NCBI RefSeq assembly: GCF_006345805.1
Contig: NC_043006.1
Span: 56,854,001-56,918,000 of the forward strand
Direction: 5' to 3'
Source of the DNA: Octopus sinensis
Taxonomy: Eukaryota
Length of the DNA stretch: 64,000 nt
Part shown: positions 11,501 through 22,350 of the stretch, one piece after another
Position numbering within the stretch: position 1 is the stretch's first letter
Layout: each line of letters begins with the position of its first letter
Made by a program: the position numbers and the translations under genes
Notes under the pieces: model-generated
Seen by the model: only the letters and a program-made list of their open reading frames with translations
The model's database searches: none
What the model was told of the DNA's origin: nothing

Positions 11501-12900
11501 GCCCAGAAAAATTTGTAAATATGATCAGGGCTTTGCATCAAGATATGAAAGCCAGAGTTAATTTTGGTGGTAGGCTCTCTGAATCTTTTGCTGTGGAAAA
11601 TGGAGAAAAGCAAGGAGACCTTGATGCACCCACCCTCTTTGCTATATATTTTGCTGTTGTGTTGTCACACGCTTTTCAAAACTTTGAGGAGGGATTTATA
11701 TAGAATATCGAACAACAGGAAATGTTTTTAATCTGACCAGACTGAAATTCAAAACGAAAGTTTTTACTTCACTCATTAGGGAACTTTTTGCACGCTGACG
11801 ATTGCGATCTTGTCAGTCATTATGAAACAGGTTTGCAATCTCTTGTATCTGCATTTGACTCGGCTTGTGATGATTTTGGCTTGACTATCAACTCGAAAAA
11901 AAAAACCCAGTTGTAATGCATCAGCATGAGTGTGGTGCTGTTTGTAACCCCACTAAAATTTTTGTTAAGAGAAAGTCACTTGAGATTGTTGGCTTGGAGT
12001 CACGTGTTTTGTGCCAGCGACATATAAATAAGAATACAAAGCTGGTTCTTTACAAATCATTTGTCTTACCATCCCTGTTGTATTCCTGTAAAACTTGGAT
12101 TTGCTATGAACGGCATTTTAAATTGTTAGAAGAATTCCACTAAAAAATGCCTTCATCGCATTTTAAACATTAAATGGAATTCTTTTACTCCAAACACAGA
12201 TATCCTTGCATCTGCAGGCATCACCTCAGTTAAAGCAATGATTTTGAGGAACCAATTGAGATGGTGTGGCCCTATTGTTCGAATGGCAGATGAACGCACG
12301 CTGAAACAGCTGTTTATGGTGAGCTTGCAGAGGGGAAACGCTATTGGCGTAAACCTAAAAACAAAAGGTTTAAGGACGGCATAAGGACTACTATGAAGTC
12401 ACTTGGAATGGTTCCAGAAGATATAGAAACCCTTGCTTTGGATCGAGTTGGATGGCGAACAAAGGTGTGGAGTGGAGTGAAATCATTTGAAGAGGCCAGG
12501 ATAACGCAAGTAAGACTCAAAAGAGATCTAAGGAAGAATGTAACGATCAAGAAGGTGAATGACAATGACCTTTTTGTGTGCACATTCCGTGACAGACCAT
12601 GCCTGTCTTTTGCTGGCCTCAAATCTCATCCAACCAATTATTCTGCCTATATGTCTGTGCACAATTTTGAATGCAGTGTATGCAAGGTTTGCAAATCCAA
12701 CGGAGGCTTCAAGAGTCATTTTACGATCCACAAAGAGTAGAACTTATCTGCAGCTCGTGATGGTCCAAATCGGAGCTGCAGTCTATGTGGGTGTCTTTTC
12801 AGAACCTTGTCTGGTTTAAAAAGCCACATGAGATGCCATGATGGTGCTGTGGTGTAGGTACAGGAGGTGGTTAAACTTTGCATAAGGAGTAGACAACTAC
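8503..12900 (+). mobile_element. Near full-length decayed RTE-clade LINE (5' leader, APE, RT, C-terminal C2H2 fingers) bounded by (TATG)n
   Basis: WKVRTLLD..RPERCTALIACELRKY; YAPT; KSPGSDGI; QCGFRSSRGT; FVDLSKVFDTV; KQGD..PTLF; HADD; LRWCG. (TATG)n at 8438-8502 and from 12901. The 5' boundary is inferred from the microsatellite. Confidence 0.9.
8681..9190 (-). pseudogene. 5'-truncated L1/Tx1 ORF2 C-terminus and 3' UTR inserted in the RTE leader
   Basis: EQACFVSVVAVAKEIV*KTRVKG..LIDFFVFHVKRKIRLEKK..FRKRW is homologous to the 32109-32624 ORF. Tail ..TGGTTAATAAAGAAATT. Confidence 0.8.
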
Positions 12901-13212
12901 TATGTATGTATGTATGTATGTATGTATGTATGTATGTATGTATGTATGTATGTATGTATGTATGTATGTATGTGCGTCTATGTCTGTGAGTATGTATGTA
13001 TGTACGTACGACTATGCCTGTGAGTATGTATGTATGTATGTATGTATGTATGTATGTATGTATGTGTGTGTGTGTCTATGTGTATGTGTATGTCATTTTC
13101 AGTTTGGGGCAGAGGTTCTCATCGTAGGTGGTACCACCCCCATGGGGTCGCTGGGCATGTTGAAGGAGACGTCAGGCTTTAGGGGTCAGTGAGGTAACAT
13201 AATCTTTCGTGC

Positions 13213-13425
13213 TATAGGCACAAGGCCTGAAATTTTAGGGGAAGGTGCAAGTCTATGTAATCGCCTCCAGTGTTCAACTGGTACTTATTTCATCGACCCC
13301 GAATGGATCGAGGAAAGAGATGAAAAAAGAAAGTCGATTTCAGAGGAATTTTAACACACATCGTAAAGATGGACGAAATGCCGCTAAGCATGTTGCATGG
13401 AGTGCTAACGATTCTGCTAGCTTGC
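13213..13425 (-). mobile_element. SINE family B copy
   Basis: Reverse complement of the 912-1075 type: GGCACAAGGCCTGAAATT..CTGGTACTTATTTCATCGACCCCGAA..GACGAAATGCCGCTAAGCAT. Confidence 0.75.
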
Positions 13426-13970
13426 CATCTCATCAGGCACAGGGAAGCCATTAACTTACGATTTATAAAGTAAATTTACAGCTTTTGTTTTTATTAATTT
13501 TTTTAATCATTTCACTGTTAAAAGCTTTTACAATCCATTTTTTTTCCTTTCTAGTAAAAGTTATAAATTATCATCATGTTAACTTAGTATAGTTGTGATA
13601 CCTCACTCGCCACTTAAAGTGGGCGCTAGGTGTAACTACATAAAAAGAGGTGTTACAAAAATAGTTGGGGGTGGGGGTGGCTAAGAAACACTAGTTTAGG
13701 GCATCAATATTCCTCGACAGGATTTCCCTCCAGCCTAAAGAAAGAAATATTCAGTTAGGAAACGAGGAGAAAAAACACAGAAATAAATATTCAGTTTGAT
13801 TCAAAAGCGTGTTGCAATAAACTGTAGGTATGATAGAGAGCGAGGAGAACAAAGAGAGTGTTTGACCAATTATAATTTTCTTTAATTAAAAATAATCTTT
13901 TCTACATTTCAAATAACTGAAATTGTATTTTTATTGATACTCACAAAATTTCAGTTTTGTTTTTAACACA

Positions 13971-14123
13971 CAGGCACAGACGTGGATGTGTGGTAAGAAA
14001 TTTGCTTCTTAACCATATAGTTCCGGGTTCAGTCCTACTGCACGGCACCTTGGGTCAGTATCTTCTACTATAGCCGAAGCCTTATGAGTTTATTTGGTAG
14101 ATGGAAACTGAAAAAAGTCCGCC

Positions 14124-14128
<5 letters not shown>
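13971..14128 (+). mobile_element. SINE family A, 5' half (likely partner of the 3' half at 17018-17220)
   Basis: A/B-box head through GGAAACTGAAA..CCGCCGTGTATA, ending in (TA)n. Confidence 0.8.
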
Positions 14129-14166
<38 letters not shown>

Positions 14167-14293
14167 GGTCCCGGGTTGAGTCGGGGTTAAGCACAGTAAA
14201 TAAGGTACTCAATACATAGCAGAGTAAATTCATTTATTTTATAGAAGGAGCTTCTACAGGACTAGAACTGTTTCATTCAAATGAAATCATCAA

Positions 14294-14346
14294 GAGCTTC
14301 CTGATGATTTCATTTGAATGAAACAGTTCTAGTCCTGTAGAAGCTC
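14294..14346 (+). ncRNA. Type I hammerhead ribozyme motif, in the right arm of a 61-bp-arm palindrome
   Basis: Stem I GAGCTTC/GAAGCTC, CTGATGA at 14301-07, weak stem II TTC(A)/(T)GAA, GAAA at 14320-23, stem III ACAG/CTGT, GUA cleavage triplet ending at 14339. Confidence 0.75.
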
Positions 14347-14373
14347 CTTCTATAAAATAAATAAATAAATATA

Positions 14374-14423
<50 letters not shown>

Positions 14424-14601
14424 TAAATTAGAGATAAAACCATTATTAGGCAAATCAAACAGTGAAAAACATAAACCAAAACATAGAAATAAAATCAATT
14501 AATATAATATACAAAAATATAAAATTCAAAATTCAAATTATTTAAATTTAAAGTTAAAAATTTAAAATTATTAATTTATATTTATAAATTTATATATATA
14601 T

Positions 14602-14646
<45 letters not shown>

Positions 14647-14810
14647 TTTTATTTTTTATTTTTTATTTTATTTTTTTATTTTATTTTAATTAAATATATA
14701 TAACTATCAAAAAGTATTAGAAAGTTTAATATAAGATAAAAAGTAAAATTAGATTTAATCCTAAATTTAATTTTTCCCTGTAAGTTTAGATTTACTCCCT
14801 AATATTATTA

Positions 14811-14865
<55 letters not shown>

Positions 14866-15077
14866 ATATATATTATATATATATATAGCTTGTTAATCTG
14901 AGGTGAGGCAACGTGAGCAGCAACTAAAGGAACATTACAAAATCCACAGAAAGATCAAACACATACATATATTCATATATTTATTTATATCTACAGAACA
15001 GATATAAAGTCCGACGTTTAAAAATATAATATAATAATATATAAATAAATAAACATCATATAAAATATATAAATATA

Positions 15078-16260
15078 CTAGCAGTATCGCCCGGCGTTGC
15101 TCGGGTTTGTTTTCTTTTCGACCCTTTAGAATTGGAATTTTTGAAAAGTAAACATTTTGCATTATGTAGCTTGTTATTCTCTTTCAGTGAACATTTTTGT
15201 GGTTGAAATACACCGAAAAGTGGCGACACAGTAGTAAAAAAATCGTAAAAAATAGGGATTTTCATAGAAAAAAGCACCTTTTTGATGTAAATACTGTTTG
15301 ATGTTAACATGGTCCGATTTGAATTTTTTCTTCTACGGAAGGAAGAGCAAGCCTTCTTCTATCATACCCTCAATTTTGGTGAACTTGCGCCGCAGGGTCT
15401 CGGAGGAGATAGTGTTAGTTGAAGGCTACCAAACCTGCCATACGCAGACAATTCACCTCGCAAAAATTGATACGTGAATGCTTACACAACTTAGCGAGAT
15501 CATTTTCACGAATATTTTCATTGATATTAAGAGTACTTCCCGTTTGATTTTTGAATCGATTCGGTCTGCAAAATAATGCTCTCATTTTGAGCTATTTTTT
15601 GACACCATTTTCAACTGAGAACTCCTTAAAAAGGCACACTCAAAACTGCCAGTATTTGCATTTTTCAAGCTAGAGAATTCAAACTTGCTCCAAGGGATTC
15701 AGGAAATTTTTCTACGTGTATGCTCATATTTTGTTTTTCGAAAAACTTAAAAATTGAACGTGTTTTCACCCCACTTTTCCGTTGCATTCGCGAAAACACG
15801 CGCACAGTCACGCGTAGAATCCAGCATGTTGCGTGAACACAACTCAAGGCAATAGTGACATCTACTCACTCACAGAAAATGCAGTGTTTCAGGCCTTTGT
15901 TATCGAGATAGAGACTTGAAACCTACTCTGGCCGTAACTATACCACGCCTTCTATAGATGTGTAAATTTTCAGCTCGATCCTAACACGTCTAGTGCCATT
16001 GAATCTTTACCAAAGCCATAGTGTGCAAGTTTTTCCTCTTTTATATAGGTAGATAGACAAGAGGAGAGACCACTCAGTGGATCCCTTATATGCTAAAAAT
16101 AATATTAATTTCTACTCCTTTTATCTTTTATCATGCTTTGCTACCTTTCATACTATCAGGTTTGGTGAAATTATTTTTAAAATTATTAATTGCTTTTTTA
16201 ACTACTTTTTTGATTTCTTTATGTTCGATTGAATTAACAGATAACTCTCGCGCTCGTATG

Positions 16261-16314
<54 letters not shown>

Positions 16315-16641
16315 CGCATGCACACGCACATATTATTTCGCAACAGATAAGTAATCTTGATATTTATGTTTAGTCGTTACTTGTAAATGAAATCATTGAA
16401 ACTACTGAGTTGTTCCCCTTGCAACGTATCTATTTCTGAATGCTGAAATATTTTTAAAAAATCAATCTCTTTGCCATAGCAACCACATCTTTATAGCTTG
16501 CGAATTTTAATCATCGCGGGTCGCATCCTCACTACGCATTTAGTATCTCTGCCAATTTTCAGCTCGATCTTAGCACGTCTAGTGCCATTGAATCCTTACC
16601 AAAGCCAAAGTGTGCAAGTTTTTTTTCCGCTTTTATATAGA
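15078..16641 (-). mobile_element. Composite non-autonomous Helitron with one 3' end and two 5' ends
   Basis: CTAG plus CCCGAGCAACGCCGGG hairpin at 15078-15105 (minus). Two related ~90-bp 5' termini at ~15963-16050 and ~16553-16641; the outer one starts TCTATATAAAA. Confidence 0.7.
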
Positions 16642-17017
16642 TAGATAAGAATCAGTGTTGCATATAAAACACATTGAATTTGCGCTTAAAATCATAAAAC
16701 ATTTGGTAAAAATTTGTTAAAATTAAAACTTTGGGGTAATAAAACATACAATGACATATTAAAATGGCGTATTAAAATTCCAGAAAATACCCAGAAAAGA
16801 TTAATATACAAAATTACAAAAATGTTTCAGAAACGTTCCAATTAATATGAAACATTTCATATATTTGAAATTGACACTCCTCTCATCAGGATGTTTTTTA
16901 CACATAATGCATAATACATGGAAACAAATGTACAATTACATACCAGCTATGTGCGAGAGAACAGACATTACATCCACCCAAACTTCATATAGATACTTAA
17001 TGCTATACTTACATATG

Positions 17018-17220
17018 TATGTGTGTGTGTGTGTATTCCCCACCGCCGCTTGACAACCGACGTTGGTGTGCTTACGTCCCCGTAACTTAGCGGTTCGGCA
17101 AAAGTACCAGGCATAGGAAAAAAAGAGTACTACGATCGTTTCATTCGTTTAAAAAATCTCTACCATGGTGCTTCAGTATAGCTGCAGTCTAATAAATGAA
17201 ACAAGCAAAAGTTGAAAGAG
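17018..17220 (+). mobile_element. SINE family A, 3' half
   Basis: CGCTTGACAACCGA..TGGTGTG..TACGTCCCCGTAACTTAGCGGTTCGGCAAAAG..GGTGCTTCAG. Confidence 0.8.
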
Positions 17221-17897
17221 ATCCACTTGTGTAAGTCACAGTGACCAGGAGCAGCTTAATAAATTCACTTAATTTTTGAGTCGTCTAGTTGCAGGCGATA
17301 AGAAATTTTTTTTTTTTAATTTGAAAAATAATTTTCTTTTAAAAAGTGTGAATAGCCAGTGTGCAATATTATAAAATAACAAAAAAATACCGAGAGAAAA
17401 GAAGAAAAAGAAAAGAAAAAACGCAGTGTAATCGTGTCAGCTATTTCGAAAGCCAGGAGCAGATTAAGAAGTAAGGAGTTTGAAAAGCACTTCTTTTTTT
17501 CAAATGCAGATAACATCTTCTTTTGAATGTGGAGGCATAAAATGACAAAAATACAAAAAAATATTTTAAAAAATTCCTTTTGTTCGTGACATCTATTCTG
17601 GAACCCACCTCGTAAACATTGCATTTAGATTTTGTGTAAGTTAATTTTTAAATAGAAGACAAAGGCAGAGAGCCACAGGTTCGTTACCCCGCCGAGCAAA
17701 ACTACTGATCAGCATTTCTTCCGGATGTTCTGACTTCAAATTTGGTTTACGGTGTCGATAAAATACATGCCTGTCAAGTACTACGGTCGATGTAATTGAT
17801 GATCCCTCCCCTAAATTCGCTGGTTTTGTACCTATATAACAAAGGATCTAAATGGGAGCCAGGTATTACAAAAACCTGTACATATGGATCTATCGTC

Positions 17898-18019
17898 GGC
17901 GAAGGTAAAGAATACGTACACCCAGTGTTTAGGGTATGGGTAAGTGTTAGGGCTTAGGGTTAGGGTTACGGTTTTTGTTATGCCGAAAATGGGTGGTGTA
18001 CATATTCTTTGCCTCCGCC
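17898..18019. mobile_element. 122-bp MITE with 25-bp TIRs, 9-bp TSD and internal TTAGGG repeats
   Basis: GGCGAAGGTAAAGAATACGTACACC / GGTGTACATATTCTTTGCCTCCGCC; flanks TCTATCGTC (17889-97) and TCTATCATC (18020-28). Confidence 0.75.
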
Positions 18020-18372
18020 TCTATCATCTCCTACCGCGCCTCCTCCTTTGTCCCAGTTATAAACTTTTCCACCTACTTCTCGTAGGATCAGTATCACCCA
18101 CTTGTAGAAGAGCTATGACGGAAGAAAATAGTTATTTTTATATTAGGTTATTGTTTGTGGTGGATAGAATTAATCATCGATTAGAATCAAACAGTTAAAG
18201 ATGAAAATGCACAGGAAAAAAATAGACCCAAAAAACCGTAATGAATGGCTAAAGTGTATGGATGCAATATTAGCGACATTATATAATGTATGTTCATTTC
18301 GTTGTTATGGAAGGGAGACTGACTAAAATTGGAAACAAGCTGATCGTACATGGTTGCCTCTCACACACATAC

Positions 18373-18425
<53 letters not shown>

Positions 18426-18464
18426 TATTATATATATATATCTGTAAATGTAATATGTAGCCAT

Positions 18465-18525
18465 GATAAAACTCCGAGTTTCGGATGCCGAGGTGGAAAT
18501 CCACGCCGCCATCTTTTCAGCTATC
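18465..18525 (-). ncRNA. Degenerate type I hammerhead (G8 to A)
   Basis: Minus strand GATAG-CTGAAAA-GATGGCGGCGTGGA TT TCCACCTCGGCATCC-GAAA-CTCGGAGT-T-TTATC. Stems I-III are present. Confidence 0.6.
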
Positions 18526-18699
18526 CGGCCATCGGAAAAATGCTATGAAAAATGACCGTTATACAAAGGGAAATTACTGAGTGATTGACCGTTATTAAAA
18601 CAAATTATTAAGACATTTTACATTTACAGATAAATTCCTCTATTTATATAATATCAAGGTCTCTTTCATTCTTTTGTTGTCTTACCATTTTTATAAATG

Positions 18700-19100
18700 T
18701 GTCCTTGTTTCGTATACATTCGATCCTTTTTCCAAGAAATCTAATGTTCGTAGCTTAGTTTTTCCTTGGGGCTGGCCAGATTGGAGCAATCTCAAGATTA
18801 ATCAGCCGAAATTGCGAGGATGATCCGGTTCTTGACTGAAGATTAGAGGCTTCGAATGACCCGTCCGTGTTTTTGTATCGTCTATTTGAATGTTTTGCGT
18901 TCTTGTCCCATTTTGTATTTATATATATAGTGTAATAAATAAAATATATGCATACATACAAACATATATGTACGTACCTACATCTACATGTATATACACA
19001 TGCATATATTTTATTTATTACACTATTGTTTGACCGCGCCCTCGCGTCGGGTTCGATTCGATTCGTTCGCTTCGTTCCGTTTCTTATTCTCCCAGTACTG
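18700..19100 (+). mobile_element. Fragments related to the direct-repeat elements at 23.8, 36.7, 41.2 and 44.6 kb
   Basis: Shares ATATGCATACATACAAACATATATGTACGTACCTACATCTACATG (18946-19005, opposite orientation to 37140-37200) and a GC-rich segment like 37220-37285. Carries GAAA-N24-CTGAAGA at 18808-18842. Confidence 0.55.
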
Positions 19101-19101
19101 T

Positions 19102-19185
<84 letters not shown>

Positions 19186-19191
19186 ATATTT

Positions 19192-19508
19192 TATATTATA
19201 TTAATTAGAGACAAAACCACTATTATGCAAATCAAACAAGAAAGACTTTAAAAATTTTATATAATTTAAATATAATTAAAATAACCACTACGATCGTTTC
19301 GTGTCAGCACTTCTATGAGACATTCTTCAGGTGGTTTCAAAACCTTCTTTGCAAGTTTTAAACTATGTATTGGCTTAAGTCTTTCTTTGTTTGATTTGCA
19401 TAATAGTGGTTTTGTCTCTAATTAATATAATATAATATTTTACTATAAAATTGGATTCAATCCTAAATCTGATTTTTCCCTGTAAATTTGAATTTATTCT
19501 CTAATATT

Positions 19509-19510
<2 letters not shown>
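19192..19510 (-). mobile_element. Penelope-like pLTR remnant with inverted arms around a hammerhead
   Basis: Inverted repeat 19192-19248 / 19377-19437. Both ends resemble 14420-14460 and 14745-14805. Embedded in (TA)n. Confidence 0.65.
19283..19336 (-). ncRNA. Type I hammerhead ribozyme motif with palindromic stem III
   Basis: Minus strand AACCAC-CTGAAGA-ATGTC..GACAC-GAAA-CGATCGT-A-GTGGTT: 6-bp stem I, ACGATCGT stem III, GUA site. Confidence 0.85.
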
Positions 19511-19570
<60 letters not shown>

Positions 19571-19888
19571 TATATATATTATACAAATTGAGATAGGGGT
19601 TGTAAATGCAACCCTCCATGGGATTTATATTTATATTCTCTTTTATATAGATATTCTACTTATTATACAACATTACTCTTTTATGTACACTTTTTTTATG
19701 TGCATTCCTTTATGTACACTGATTTGTTCACCTTTTTTATGTTTAACCCTACAGTCTCTTATGTGGTGGTTTAATAAAGTATGTGATTGAGTATTATCTG
19801 GTAATTGATATTTGATTTAGATGTATTTCTCCATTTTCTTATCTCTTATTATAAAATCTTGTATATATATATATATCTTGTATATATA

Positions 19889-19939
<51 letters not shown>

Positions 19940-20501
19940 TGGAAGGTTTGGAGATGATGTACAGGTATAACATTTGACCATCCCTCATTAAACACACACA
20001 CACTCTCTCACAATGATAAAAAGAAATATAATTTAGGGTCTACCTCCCCGCCACCACATACTCAGTGACACTGTGAAATGGTCAAAACTGAAATTCTTTT
20101 TTCCCAAGACCTTAGAACCCCCTTGGAGTCAATATTCTGTCCAGCAGACCAAAAACATTCTTTTCCTCTTCTTCCCTTTCCCTTCCCCTCTTTTTCTTTA
20201 GCACTCATCCCTAATACAAAAACACACACATATACACACATGTTCTCTCTCTCACTTTCTCCTCATCCATCACCCTCTTGTACTGTCTCGTATTCCTCCC
20301 TACCGCTACAAACTCAATACCACTATAAAATGGTCAAAACTCCTCACACAGGAACTTAGTTTGATTTGAAAACCCCACTAGAATGGGAGAAAGCGCCAAT
20401 ACATGATCTAAGTTATATGATGTATAAAAAAAATGTAATATACAAATAAATATCTGTAAATATAAACCATCCGATTTTCTGAGTACCTCATTTCTTCTAA
20501 C

Positions 20502-20583
<82 letters not shown>

Positions 20584-20903
20584 TGTGTGTGTGTATGTGT
20601 GCGTGTGTGTGTGTGCGTGTGTGTGTGCGTGCGCGTGAATGCGTGTCTGTATGTGTGCGTGTGTGTGCGCGTGCGTGCGTGTCTGTGTGTGTGTGTGTGT
20701 GTGTTTGCGTGTGTGTGTGTGTATGTGTGTGTGCGCGTGCGTGTGAGGGAGAGAAAGATAGACAATCGCATATCATTGGTACCCGTTTAGCATTACGTTA
20801 CTGTTTTACTCTGTCGCTAGTTTCAGTCAGTAATTGCCACAACTCTGCCTTTGGTATTCGCGTGAGGAGGTTTCAAGCACTGTTCTCATTTGAGTCTCTA
20901 CTG

Positions 20904-21104
20904 CAGTGCTTTTCAACCTTTTTGTTGGAGCGGAACCCCAAGGAAACATTCCACTGGCTCGAGGAACCCCTGTGCAATAATTTAATAGTCTTATGTACAC
21001 ATATCTGCACAGGAGACTTTAAAATTACTGCCGATTTTAGCAGTTTTGTAACTTCTTGCGGAACCTCTGCACTGTACTGGCGGAACCCTGGTTGAAAACC
21101 ACTG
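20904..21104. mobile_element. hAT (Charlie/Buster-type) MITE
   Basis: TIRs CAGTGCTTTTCAACC / GGTTGAAAACCACTG; 8-bp TSD CTCTACTG / CTCTAGTG with central TA. Confidence 0.88.
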
Positions 21105-21191
21105 CTCTAGTGATATAGGTTCTTTTACGAAGATCTCCCGAGGGTAGTTAGAGATTATTGACATCTACTCCTAGTAATTTCTTTTATGCAA

Positions 21192-22030
21192 CAAGGTGCA
21201 TTCCAGAGGTTTTTAATTTTTTTTTCAGGAGATATTTATGAATTTGAAAGAAGTACAAAACTCTGATCTCCTTCAAAGTAGGATTCTCTGACTTTAATGC
21301 ACTTGTTCTAACGCTCCAGCCATCTCATGAAAGCCCCGCAGAAATCCTCCAAAGGGAAGGTGTCCAGGACCCTGGTGTCAGATAAAGGTGTCACAGCCTC
21401 CTTCAGCTTGGGGAACAAGCAAAAGTCACAGGGAGCAAGTTCTGGACTGTTAAGTGGGCGAGAGGCGGTTTTGGATCCCACCTCTGTCAAATAGTTGGTT
21501 AGCGGGATGTAATTATAAATTGGTGCCTTGTCCTGCTGCAGGTTCCACCGACCCTTGTGGAAAAGCCCTCACCTTTTGTAATGAAACCTCTTCCTGAACT
21601 CACTCAAAACTTCCACAAACTACTCTGGTGGATGTAGATGATGCTCTCGCTGTCGAGAAAGGGGATGATCATGAGTTTCCCGACAGTCTTACTTTGTCTG
21701 TCCTCTTGTACCGACGAAAAGCAGACGCTTGGCTTACACAGTTTAATCCACAAGTAGTGACAAGTTTCTGTAGCATTTTAGCCTAGTTCAACACAAAAGT
21801 TTATTCTATAGTGAGCTTCCAATGTGTCTTCACATCGAGAGTGCATTTTGCAAACTAGTCAACTGTGAAAAGCAGTGTTTAGCAGGGTGTGTTCGAAGTG
21901 CCGTCTCGGCCGTCTCTTTCAATTTAGAATAAGTTAGAAGGTAAGCTTATTAGATGTATGGTGATGATATCCTAAAATTATAACTGCCTCTCCTAGAAGA
22001 AAAGTCTCAAAACCTCTGGAATGCAACTCG
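21192..22030 (-). mobile_element. Internally deleted mariner element
   Basis: TIR cores TGCATTCCAGAGGTTTT / AAAACCTCTGGAATGCA, with TA after the right end. Transposase remnant QDKAP..SPELAPCDFCLFPKLK (HDNA / SPDLAP-DF motifs). Confidence 0.82.
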
Positions 22031-22206
22031 TATATGTAAGAATACTGAACGCATAAGACCATTTGACCCTTACCCCAAGCTACTGCAGTATTATCCCTAA
22101 ACCAGGAATGAAATGTTGCAACGTTTGGCAATATTCAGTTGTTACCAATTCTGCTCTTTATATATTTAACTGACTAAGTTTTGGTGCCTGTAATAATCCA
22201 TTCTGT

Positions 22207-22350
22207 TATAGGCACAAGGCCTGAAGTTTTCTTGGTGAGTAGGATGAAACGTAAGTCGATTTCACCAATTCCAGTGCTCAACTAGTACTTATTTTATCGA
22301 CTTCAAAAAGGATGAATGGCAAAGTCGGCGGAATTCGAACTCAGAATAGT
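22207..22350 (-). mobile_element. SINE family B fragment
   Basis: ATAGGCACAAGGCCTGAA..TAGTACTTATTTTATCGAC..GGCGGAATTCGAACTCAGAA. Confidence 0.7.

Noticed and set aside
13111-13694. Possible hAT MITE (CAGAGGTTCTCA ... TAAGAAACACTAG) containing a SINE
   Set aside because: The TIRs are too decayed and there is no TSD.
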